From: Callorhinchus milii
Lineage: Eukaryota
Direction of reading: 5' to 3'
Length of the DNA stretch: 64,000 bases
NCBI RefSeq assembly: GCF_018977255.1
Contig: NW_024704742.1
Location: forward strand, 45,014,001-45,078,000
Below, one piece after another: positions 53,011 through 64,000 of the stretch. Under the pieces are notes generated by a model. That model saw nothing but the letters and a program-made list of their open reading frames with translations. It searched no databases and was not told the DNA's origin. The first letter of the stretch is position 1. Each line of letters begins with the position of its first letter. Position numbers and translations under genes: made by a program.

Positions 53011-53589
53011 TTGTTAGTGGTATCTTTAAGAAGTAGGATCACATGGTGATTGGAAACAGTGTGAGCCTGAAATTCCACCTAAACTTAACCTAAGAGACAA
53101 TTCTGCCAAAAACTCGTGAAACATTCTTCCCTTCAGCCTTAATTTGGAAGTTGGTTGGTTTTCTACGGTTCTTAAAAAGGAAATAGTTTCTGAATTAAGC
53201 CCTGACTTAAGACTTTTCTACAATTCTGCACAATTTAAGACACAATCGTTTTATAGGCTAACAACAGATGGAATTTCAGTCCTAGTAATTGTAACACGAG
53301 TTGCAAATAACAATCCTGAATATAACTAAAAATGTGATATTTGGGTCTACAGCAACTCAGCCCTGGGAATATATTATGTTGGCGTGGAGATCCTGCAGGT
53401 TAATGTGACACATATTTAGTTACTGGCAGGAATCACTGTTTGTCTGTGATGCAGTTCATTATCAAAGAACGTTGATAATGAATTATCAGACACTCACTGT
53501 TTCAAGCCATATGTTAAGAATGGAACATTAGTGAGGGGGATTGTTAGATACATAATTGTTCTAGCACTGCTGGTTTATATCATTTGATG

Positions 53590-54420
53590 ATAATAATGAT
53601 TATTTTATTTGGAAAAGCGCCTTTCACATCAGGATGCCATCGCAAAGTGATTCACGGTATATAATGTGTAAAGTGTAGTGACTGGGCATTTTGGGATATC
53701 CAACGTGAAAGGTGCTAAATTAATGCAATTTTTGTTTGTGTTTTGTGGGTAAACATTGCAACCAATTTGTGCAAAGCAATGTACCAAGAACAGACATGAA
53801 GTGAGTGACCAATTCTATTTCTCACCAGTTCTGGCCAGGCTCCACTGGCTGCCCATCACCGAATGGATTAACTTCAAGATCCTCACATTTGTGTTCAAAT
53901 ACCTTCACTCTGGCCCCTCCCTACCTCTCCAACCTCCTCACTCATCGGTCCACCACCCACTGCTTCCGTTCAACTGGCACCGGCCTCCTGCTCGTCCCTC
54001 GCATCCTCCGCCCCACCAAAGGAGGTCGCGCTTTCAGCCACTACACCCCAAAACTCTGCCTTGTACCCTCTCTCCTTTTTATCAAGTCCCACCTGAAGAC
54101 GTTCAGGCCACCTTGCCCCACCCACCCCCGGCTCAGAATCACTGTTAAGTGCTGCCCTGCATGGAGGGTGCAATATAAGCGCAAGTTGTTTCTGTCGTTG
54201 TATTTGGGGGATTATTCACCTGGACCCCTGGAGAAACTCCTTTCTATTTTCGAACAGTGCCATGGGATCTTTAAAATCCACCTGAGCTGGTAGGACAGGA
54301 TCTTAGTTTACCGTCTCATGCAAAAAATTACATTTCCAATAATGCAGCACACCCTCAGCACTGCACTGAAGTTTTAGATCAAGTTATAAAAGTGAGAGTG
54401 CTGCTAATTTAGCCAGGCTG
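53590..54420 (-). mobile_element. Deu-domain SINE split by an L2 fragment
   Basis: Deu 3' part at 53590-53820; 5' part at 54200-54420 (gtgccatgggatctttaaaatccacctg). Confidence 0.7.
53822..54200 (+). mobile_element. L2 LINE 3' fragment (different subfamily tail)
   Basis: SPVLARLHWLPITEWINFKILTFVFK, LAPPYLSNLL, GGRAFS. Confidence 0.85.
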
Positions 54421-55647
54421 ACAAACAGCCTTGATAACAAAGGAAGAAAAGTTTCCCAATTTCCAAGCCTAACATCTTGATGAACCCAAAGTTTACCCAA
54501 CTCTTTCTTTCATACTTTTCTTGTGCAGTAAACACTTTACAGTAATCAATTTTGAGACATATTTGTGACATGAAAGGCCCAATTTCAAGTATAAGATTAT
54601 TGTATTTTTTTGCAATGTGAAGCACCATTTCAATTTAGTTATGCATCTTAAATCTGAACTTTTTTTAAACTGTAGAATATTTTTCTCACCCAGAACTAGG
54701 AACTAAAACAGCCCATAGTAAAAATCTATTAGGGCACAAACATGGTGTCTGCAATCAGACTGTATCAGTGGGAGATCAGTTCATGTCAAGCTGACCTGAG
54801 ATTAAAATGAGGATAGGTAAATTTGAAATGCTCACTCTATTAAGGAATATTGATCAGTGTGTGCACGGAATAACCAAAAGTAATACGTAGGGCAGTTCCA
54901 GTTATTTTCACTTAAAGGGATAATTGACTTCATAAATATTTGCCCAGAAAGACTTGTTTTATTTGAATAGGAAAAGAGTAAAGTGAGTCATACATCTTTT
55001 GCAACCAACGGTGTCACTCCATGTCACCCAAAGTAGTTTTTCAATGGGATTTGTTTGAGCTTCCAAACAAACAATAGGTAAGGTCAAGAAGACATCAAAG
55101 ATTTACTTTACCTCTGTCTTATATTAATCAATCCAGGGACAGCTTGCTCCTATTTGAAGTTTTAGGTTTGAATGTCTGATTTCTAGTTTCAGAGACATTT
55201 CTTTGAGCACTTAGCTCAGCAACTTATGCAATAAAATTTGCAAATATACTGCATAGCACTTTTCATGTCGGGAGAATGTCCCAAAGCGCATTCACAGTGC
55301 TGAATGCACACCCGAGCTAGGGATGGGAGCCGGTGGGGGGAATCGCAGATTGTATTCTATCAGAGGGATTTCCAATTTGTCAGTCAGACCACATATGTAT
55401 TGACCTGTATTCTGGATGGACATGGATTCCTCATGCCAACAGCCATCATTTTGAGAGGTTCCTTGACTTCCATGGATAATGTTCTTATGCTCAGTGTGGG
55501 TGTGGAATCAATACCAAGTCCAAGGACATCCACCCAGGGCCTGGTTGTTCCTGCAATTGCTAAAAGTAGGCATGCAGGAAAGGGACGAATAATTTGAATT
55601 CCCTCCACAGAGGCAACATAATTTACATTGAATGTAAAAAGTAAAAC

Positions 55648-55819
55648 AATTGAATTTATTTTGTTTATTTATAGTCTTTGTATGAAGGGTCAAAGTCGTA
55701 GGTTCAGTACATTAATAAGTTTGCAAAGAGAAGCAGAAAATATTAAATATGTTGAGATGTGAGTGGAAGCTCAATATCCACTTAGTCTCAGTTTAAAGAA
55801 CTTTTTTGAATGTAAAATG
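55648..55819 (+). repeat. 172-bp direct repeat, copy 1
   Basis: Matches 57071-57242 with 5 substitutions and no indel by my count. Confidence 0.95.
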
Positions 55820-56399
55820 GACTGACCAGTATTGTACCTGCAATGTAAGGGACTGTTTTGAGAGTGGAGGGTGTAGAGAATCCTACGTTTAATGCAGTCA
55901 CACAGAAAAAAAACACAAGTTGCGATGTCTTGCAGTCTTGGGGATGGAGGGGCCCTGACCTAAAGAGCTCTATTTATTGGAAGCACATGAGGGTGTGGGG
56001 GAGAACAATTTATAGAAAGTCTATGGGACATCAGATTACTGAGAGCAGAGCAAAGGCAGGAGGGGACAAGAGGGAGCTGCAGGCCTGATTTGACAACCTG
56101 CTACTTAAACTCAAAGCATGCTCCAGTAGCATACAGGTCGATGTCATGTGAGTAGAATAAAAACTAAGCAGACTAGGCCATTTAAATGGAAGGAGTGTTG
56201 AAGCTGGATGGCAGATCGTACAATGCAACTACACTTGGCCTAAGACTGCTGAACATGTTACATTGTGTTTTCAGCTCCTCAGTTTTCTTTCATTTATTTT
56301 CATTCTGTTTTTTTCTTATTCTTTAGGAGTAAATGTAGGAAGTAAAAATAGGAAACACATGTATTTCATGGATAGTGTCTATGGGTGTTATTTGACTCA

Positions 56400-56870
56400 T
56401 CACTGGGAGGCAACAATAAATAAGGCAAACAGGATGATGTGCTATATTGCCAAGTCAGTTGAGTTCAGATGCCCAGAAATCATGCTCTGGCTATATAATG
56501 CTCTGGTCAAACTGCACCCAGCCTACCATATACAATTCTGGTCACTACAACATCAGTGAAGCAGTACAGGAGAATGTAATGAGGATCATCCCCAGTGTTA
56601 GTGGAATGAGGTCAGTGTGCTCCCTATCACCAATGAATAGACAAGCTTGGCTTCTTCAATCTTGAAAGTAGACATCACATAGGACACCTTATTGAAGTAT
56701 ATATGATTTTAAATGGGAATGGAAAAGTAAACCCAAAACAATATTTTTGGATACACTGAGATTGTAGAACAAAAGGATATATGTTTAGAATTGCAAAGAA
56801 TAATTTCAGGACAGAGACCAGGAAGTATTTATTTACTTAGAGGGTAATTCATGGCTGGAGCAGCTTACCA
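56400..56870 (+). mobile_element. Old CR1 LINE 3' region
   Basis: INKANRMMCYIAKSVEFR, LYNALVKLH..Y.IQFWS, RKYLFT.RV. Confidence 0.75.
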
Positions 56871-57070
56871 ATGCGAAAGGCGCTATATCAAATGTATAGC
56901 AGATTATTATTATTTAGGACCATACTTGCAAACAGCACTTATTCATTACAGAATGGCTCAAATTACCATTTGCTCTGTGAAAAATGGATCTTAACCTCTG
57001 TCCTAATCTTTTACTGGCAGTTATTATGCATATTAATATGGTATATTTATTCCTGCATCAAGGATTAAAA

Positions 57071-57242
57071 AATTGAATTTATTTTGTTTATTTATAGTCT
57101 TTGTATGAAGGGTCAAAGTCGTAGGTTCAGTACGTTAATAAGTTTGCAAAGAGAAGCAGAAAATATTAAATATGTTGAGATGTGTGTGGAAGCTCAATAT
57201 CCACTTATTCTCAGTTTAAAGAACCTTTTTGAATGAAAAATG
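57071..57242 (+). repeat. 172-bp direct repeat, copy 2
   Basis: Matches 55648-55819. Confidence 0.95.
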
Positions 57243-58236
57243 CATTTTGCACAGCATTTCAAAAAAGACTAGAGTATTAATTTGGAATTCAGATTTCTAT
57301 AGTTCTTAAAAACATGGTCTTGTAAATTAAGGCTGAATTGAATAATCTTCCAGAATTTTTGAATTTTACTAGCTATGATTAGCTGGAATTTCAGGCCCTA
57401 GGCGACATTTTGTATTGATCATTTTGGATGATTAGCCTATGAACTTGTGCACTTTATTTCATCAAAGGGATTTCTTATTTGTCATCCAGTCCATGCACGT
57501 TGATCCATCATCCCTGGTCTGAATCATTTATTTACAGAAAATCTTTGATTTTTAAACCTGAAACCTGTAAAATTATGGGACTGTTATATGTCCTGAAATA
57601 TGGTCTTAAATTCAGGAACATTGCAACAGCATGAACGGATGTGCCCCAGAATATAGCTAGCACATGATTAATACCAACATTATAGGACCAGCAGGTAGCA
57701 CAGTAAGATGTATAAAACGTGGGCGTTGAGCATTTTGTGCATCATATTTGAATATGTCATCCACTAATAGGATTTCCTATTGGTTTAATAAAAAAATTAA
57801 GAGAATCATGGGGAAGATATTCAATAGGAAAATATAGCATGCATTTAGTCATGTTATGCATTAAGTCATGTCATGTTATGTTATGAATGAAAAGTAGTGA
57901 ATTGTGATTGGGAACTTTTAAAATTGGATTAAACCAATATTCCCTGAACCAGCAGTTCAAGAATCCACCACAGAGTCTGAAAGTCTGAAGTCTGAAAGTC
58001 TGGTTGTCTCAATAGCTGCAGCTACTACCTTTTGGGCAAAATGATTTTAACAAAATTGGGGAGTGTTTGTTGACTGGGATATCTACATATAATATACCAC
58101 ATATAATGTTTTAATTATTGCCAATAATAACAGTCACCAGCGATAATTACTAGTTATTTCCCCATTATATGCAGTTTTGGGAACTCTGCATTCAATCAGA
58201 TACTGGTCACAACATTTCTTTGTTCTATGAACTTAA

Positions 58237-58740
58237 AACCATAGAACCGTAGACATTTACAGCACAGAAGAAAGCCATTTTGCCTATTGTCTCTGTACTG
58301 GCTCCCTTAAGAGCAATCATTTCAGTCCCATTTACCTGTCCTTTTGCCATACCCCTGTAGATTATTCCTTTTTCAGGTATTCATCTAGCTCCCCTTTGAA
58401 AGCCAGTATGGATTCTGCCTCAACTAACACTCCCGGCAGAATGAAAACAATCTCCTAACCTCCCCATTTGCTCATTCACTAACTATCTTAAATTGAGGCT
58501 CTATAGTTACTGACTCATCAACCAGTGGAAATACTTTCTCCCTGTTGACTCTATCAAAACCCTCATAATTTTCAAGACATCTGTCAGATCACCCCTCAAC
58601 ATCTTTGTTCCAAAGGAAAAAGTCCTATTTTCTCCAATTTTTTCTTGTAGGCCAAACCACTCATACCTAGTATCAACCTAGTAAATCTCACTGTACCCCC
58701 TCTATTGTCTTGATGTCTTTCCTAAAGTGAGGTGACCAAA
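58237..58740 (-). mobile_element. CR1 LINE 3' region
   Basis: Tail aaccatagaaccgtaga; colinear with 52567-53010. Confidence 0.8.
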
Positions 58741-60744
58741 AAGGTGAGGACATCTTTAAATGTGCTTTCAACTAAATATTTGGATTTTTTCACATATCGT
58801 GGACCCAATTTCCACGAAAAGCCAGTGAACATTATTGATTACGTTCTAAAAAAGTGTGTTTTTTAATTGGGCTGAAAGTTGTAAAGGATAAATGTAGAGA
58901 TAATGAACTAATCTGACCAATGTTGTGAACTCTGTGCCAAAAACTGCACGTAAAGTACAATGGGTAAACATTAATTCAAGCAATAAATGTAGCACTTTGG
59001 TCAATGGTACTGGGAAGTGTCTTTGAATGCTGCCATCACCAAAATCAAAATTTACTCCATGATGGTTACTAAGCTTCTGTGACCAAGACATGTCATGCAA
59101 TAGAATGCAGTACATTAGCATACAATAATGTTTAAGGTTTGATAGAAGATGTGTTGTTTCGTTCGATTGCCTTTTGGAGGTTCATGGAAAAAAGTTGCAG
59201 ATCTTTCCCACAAGAGGTTAAAATAAAAGGGGTAGAGTCCAGCTTTTGGACTCAATCCCATGATTTTGTCTTTTTGTAGGAGTAGCAGAGTAAGAAAGAA
59301 ATAAACAAGGTAAGGCTTTTATGCCCATCAGACTTGTACCATAGACCACACTAAACCAACCTAATGGCACACACTCACACACACATATAAACACAAATAT
59401 CCACTTCAGCTCCTGTACAAAAGTTCTGCATAGATTCACTCTGATCTCGCAAATTAATCAGGCAATAACAGGACTGATGCGCCAAATAGCTTTATTCCCT
59501 GTTTTCTTATGTTGTTATGTATGAGTCTTTGTGATGCGATTGTATGGATCATTAATATTATAATGAGATGTAAATTCTATTTACAGACCATGAGTGTACT
59601 TTTCATGTCATTGCCTGTACCACAAAGGAAGCTTTATAACGGATCCCACAAGCTGTAAATGCAGCAGCTGCCAGAGCAGGAATGGTTTATTTTAAACAGG
59701 ACCATTGGGGTTTTATTTACGGTAATGTCCTGAGTTTGATGCCAACTTGAGATATTCTAATTGTGTATGAGTGATAAGAACAATTGTTCCATTAGGAGGA
59801 ATTCAACATAATGGAAATAACTGCGGGTTTATCCCTTGTGCAAGTCTGCCCCTTGGCTAGTAACTGGTGCAAGAGCTTGGCAAACTCACTGCAATGTATT
59901 TTCCAACAACATGCAGGAGGGAGAGATCTTTTGTGAGGAACAGTACTCTGAGAAAACATTTGGGTTCCATATGTAACATTTTGGTCCTATATGTCAGGAT
60001 TCCTATGGCAACGCGTGCATGTATTATGGCCATTTTGCATGACGGAAACAATGGTTCTGAGTAAGTGGTCTGGGCATGAGATAGAGCAACAAGATTGATG
60101 GTATAAGGAGGATTACCAGATTTTACCATTGATCTCTTGCCATGGCCGACAAATCGAGAGTGGCTAGTTTTTCAAGCAAAGCATTGTGGCAATTTATCTC
60201 TTGTAGCTTATTTTAAGTGTACAATTACTCTCGAACGTGTCACATGTGAATTCCTTTTTCATTCCTCCTCGCTTTCCTTAACTCCCCTTTCTGATTTTCT
60301 CCTCTGCCTCTTTGTACATTCAAGGAGTGACCAACGAAAAATATGTTCTAAACCTAACAAGTAACTCTTTGCAGTCATTAACTTATAGAACAGACTGCAG
60401 ACAGGCACAGTGAGTACAAACTTGCTTGAAGTATATTAAAAGGAGAAAAATCTTGATTCAATTTGGCGCAAGGCAAGAGGGAGAACAATTAGTTCATGAA
60501 GTTGTAAGACATGGAGTGAAACAAGAAGGCTGTAGGTTTCCGGAAAAGCCTTTCCTCATGTCTGCTTATGAAATATAATACAATTGTTATAGTTCATTTC
60601 ATGTTGGGAAGACATCTCAAAGCGCTTTTTCCTGGTTTCTGGCAAATTTATTTTAGAATTGGATAGGTAGAAAGGAATTTGAATGATTGGCATGATGGGC
60701 TAAATGGCCTTCTTCTGTGATGTAAATTTCTTACCTACATAAAT

Positions 60745-61160
60745 CTTTAAAAGTGCCAATGCAGGTGGACAAAGCTATGAAGAAAATTAATAGGATCCTC
60801 AGTTTTATGAATAGTACATAATAAAAAATCAAAGAGGTGAGGGTTGACCTATACAATAATTAGTTAGACTGCATTTAGAATATTGTGTCCAGTACCTCAC
60901 TTTAGGAAAGTTGGAGAGATTGGAGAAGGTACAAAGGAGATTCGCTAAAATGAAACCACGGAAGTGTTGTTAAGATGTGGATTGTCCTGCCAAGTATGTT
61001 GGTTAAGATAGAATCCATATTAACTTGCAAGAGGGAACTAGAGAGATATCTAAAGAAAAATAATTTACAGGGATATGGGGAAAAGGCAGGTACTGAATGG
61101 ATTGATCTTTCAAAGCCAGTGCAGACCCATCTTCTGTTCTATGAAATTCCATAGTTCTAT
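60745..61160 (+). mobile_element. CR1 LINE 3' region
   Basis: LVRLHLEYCVQY, LEKVQRRFAKM, KRELERYLKEK, (ttctatg)-type tail. Confidence 0.75.
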
Positions 61161-61224
61161 GTTTTTATGGTTATAACAATATGCAGGTCCAGGAAAAAAA
61201 CATTCCACTCCATCTCTACAGAGA

Positions 61225-61550
61225 GTTCTTGGGTTCGATTGCTGGTAGGGCGAAACTTTGGGCATGTTTCCTTACTCCATATGACTCTTTACCTATCAGT
61301 AAGTAGGAAACCGATTGTTAATCAATTGGCAGATCACTTTTCCGGGGGTAATAATTCTTTCAAAAATAATAATAATAATAATTTGATCACTTAATCCATG
61401 AATGTTTATGGCATACTGCTTTGAGCAATTGGCTGCTGCATTTTGCCCACAAAACATAGTCAATTCACTTTACAGAATATTCTGTGAAGCACTTTGAGAT
61501 GTCTAAAAGACATAATAAGGCGCTATATCAAATGCAAGGATTATTATTAT
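61225..61550 (+). mobile_element. tRNA-derived SINE, long form (A box missing)
   Basis: gggttcgattg B box, long-form segment, tail gcgctatatcaaatgcaagg(att)n. Confidence 0.88.
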
Positions 61551-62080
61551 TCATTTTGTCGCAATTATATATCCCCAAATATTGCCTCTATGGACAAAAT
61601 GCTTCCATACTGATGACCAGTTGGGTAAACTAGCTGAATCTATTCCTCATTCCCCTTCTCAGTTTGACATGGTGGACCTTTGCTGTGAACTTGTTGGTCA
61701 TAATGAATATGATCTAACATGCCTGTAATTATTTCATTGTTATAAGATGCTGCATACCAGAGCAAATAGGGCACACAAAAGTAAGTACTAAACTTGACAG
61801 AAATTACTGTGAAGCCTTGAACCCTTTCAGCACTTTAATATATTATAAAAATGTTTATTTGTTCTTTTCTTTCATTTTTCTTCTCTCGCTCAACATTTGT
61901 GGGCCAGATCCCACGATACTGACTCAACTCAACAAAAATATTAATTAAGTCACTTTCCAATTATTTCTTCTCCTCTGAATATATTCCCTGCAGATTTGAA
62001 AGGTAAGGGGCCATTTATATTTCATCATAATAAAATATGTGATCTTGTTCCTCATGGAGCCAGGAACAGCAAACCCATGA

Positions 62081-62406
62081 GTGGAGTCCTGTAGCTCAGT
62101 GGTTAGAGCACTCGCTTTGCAAGCGAGAGACCTGAGTTCAATTCCAGGCAGGGCGAAACCTTGGGCAAGTTTCCTTACTCCACACGCCTAATAATAATCC
62201 CTCCAAAACCAAAAAAAACAATAATAAATTGGTCATTTTCAATCTACGACTGTTTGTGGGACATTGCTGTGCGCAATTGGCTGCCGCGTTCGCCCACAAA
62301 TATACAGTCAATTCACTTTACAGTATATTCTGTGAAGCGCTTTGGGACGTCCTCCCGACGTGAAAAGCGCTATATCAAATGCAAGGATTATTATTATTAT
62401 TATTAT
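62081..62406 (+). mobile_element. Young tRNA-derived SINE, short form, full length
   Basis: gtggagtcctgtagctcagtggttagagcactcgctttgcaagcgagagacctgagttcaattcc head, CpGs retained, (tat)n tail. Confidence 0.95.
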
Positions 62407-63727
62407 AACAGAATGGGAAGGAGCTGGAAACTACCGTTGGTTTTGTATGAAGGATCAATTGGTTGTATGCACACCCATGGTCAATTTAGTTGCGGGCTCC
62501 ATACATTATTGATAGGGTATTTGCTAAATATAGGATATGTGGTAAAAAAAAACTAATACAATGCAAAAGTATTTTCTGCAGTTCTACAACCACAATAGTT
62601 TATTCTTAAAACGTAACAGCAAAACCTTCTAAGAAATGAATAGGTATTGAAAGATTTTTGTGGCATTTAAAGGGAAACGATAAGTGCAGAAGGGGAAGTA
62701 CAGATTCATAAGAAAAAATCATGCGTGCATTCATCCATAAATTTGTATTTTTAACATTTATTAATTCATACCCTCTGCAAGCACTCAGTTTCATGAAAAG
62801 ACAGTTCAGCAGAAGGCATATTAATAGAAAGACATATGTGAATACATTGTGTATTCTAAATAAATTTAAATCTATTTAAAAGCAACGGAACATCATTGCA
62901 TGTAAGGTTACTAGATTGCTGCCAGTATTAAGTAACTAAGAATTTTTATAAATGCATGAATTTCATGATCCAAGCATAGTAGAATGGCTGTTTGACAATG
63001 GGACTCCAAAGGCATTCATAGAGAAACAGCAGTGTAAATGATGCCTGTGAATGGAAAAGGCATCTTGCGACACAAAGCTTTCCTAACTCCTGCAAGGAGC
63101 CCCATATATGTCAAACCAACTCACAACACCCCAATGAGTGTTTTTATCACCCCAATAAATAAAATGTAAACCACACCATAGCCTTCCTTCATGTTACAAT
63201 GATGTTTCTATTGGGGTAAAATATTAATAATAACTGTAATAGCATTTGTTGTTCAAGGTTGGCATATCACAGTCAATGTTGCACATCACTGTTGTTTTGT
63301 GAATTGCACATATAGCAAGAAGATGTGCACTTGTTTGTTTTTGTATTTTGGTGAATAACAATTGTTTTTTACGAAGCATTTGGTCTGATTAGTGGCTTTG
63401 TGCCTCTAAACATTCGGTTGCATATTCACTATTCAGGCCCCGAGAAAGGAGTACAGCTCAGCACTGTCATGCAGCTTGTACGTTGTGATAGGATGAACTG
63501 TCCTTGCTCGTAACTGCATAATCAACGTAGAAAGAAATTGATTAAAAATATGCAAACAAAATTAAAATAAAAAATGGGGCAAAGATAAAATAGGGGAAAT
63601 GAAAAATAGAAGCAAAATAGTGAACAGAAGATCAAGTAAATTTTGTAAATGGTTTAAAATTGTTTACTGAGATTGAAAATGTGATTTTTGCAAAAGGAGT
63701 CACAGATAGAAGCTCAGCAAGTAACAA

Positions 63728-64000
63728 TAATCCTCTTTGGGGTGGAGTTAAACAGAGCTTCCTTGGAATTGAGCTGTTTCCAAAGTGAGGTGCTTGCACA
63801 TAATGTTAGAGCTGAGTTAATTCTCTGTGGCAGTCTCGGTAATCTAGTTACCTGAGCCAGGTGGTTGCGCAGTACTCTAGGAAGGGAATATTGAAAGGCC
63901 AGCTGGACTGGCTCATTGGCCAGACTTGAAGAGGCAGACGAATGGGTGTAGGGAATCTTCCCACTCAGTTCTTGTTCACACTGAAAGCTAAAGCCCTAAG
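63728..64000 (+). repeat. Unclassified interspersed repeat, copy 4 of 4 (cut by the window end)
   Basis: ctggctcattggccagacttgaagaggcagac..agggaatcttcccactcagttcttgttcacactgaaagctaaagccctaa matches copies 2 and 3. Confidence 0.75.

Noticed and set aside
53455..53482. 11-bp perfect inverted repeat ttcattatcaa/ttgataatgaa
   Set aside because: Short, AT-rich and isolated; too small for a miRNA precursor and plausible by chance.
55304..55608. Overlapping ORFs of 97 and 74 aa
   Set aside because: The longer ORF starts inside an L2 tail remnant; no recognisable protein or convincing splice pair.
55648..57242. 172-bp direct repeats read as LTRs of a small LTR element
   Set aside because: No TG..CA termini, primer-binding site, polypurine tract or TSD; the interior is CR1/SINE debris.
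57840..58001. Short tandem motifs (catgttatg; gtctgaaa)
   Set aside because: Ordinary slippage repeats with no spacer structure; not CRISPR-like.
62081..62156. tRNA-Ala-like gene (also at 36902 and 26613)
   Set aside because: It runs straight into a SINE body and tail, and the acceptor stem is not canonical; these are SINE heads.
62161..62556. Repeated ORF MGKFPYST..KDYYYY (also 26683 and 36984) as a small gene family
   Set aside because: It is simply the translation of the SINE body and its (tat)n tail, from a TTG start.

Overview
Repeat-rich, AT-rich vertebrate genomic DNA, either intergenic or part of a very long intron. The repeat set points to a cartilaginous fish, probably a holocephalan such as elephant shark; this is inferred from the repeats only. 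I recognise no host protein-coding gene, and most long ORFs in the track are fragments of decayed retrotransposons. The window contains: many L2 LINE fragments with (TTG)n tails; CR1 LINE fragments; one Tx1-type LINE 3' half interrupted by a SINE; young tRNA-headed SINEs in long and short forms that share the L2 3' tail; older Deu-domain SINEs; and two Penelope-like relics with degenerate hammerhead ribozyme cores. The most unusual items are: (1) an unclassified, structured repeat of at least 0.7 kb, present four times in the same orientation, with a CxxC..H zinc-knuckle remnant; (2) an L2 copy that contains an inverted copy of its own 3' flank; (3) a 172-bp near-identical direct duplication that frames an exon-like 84-nt unit. 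Element boundaries were read by eye and are approximate.
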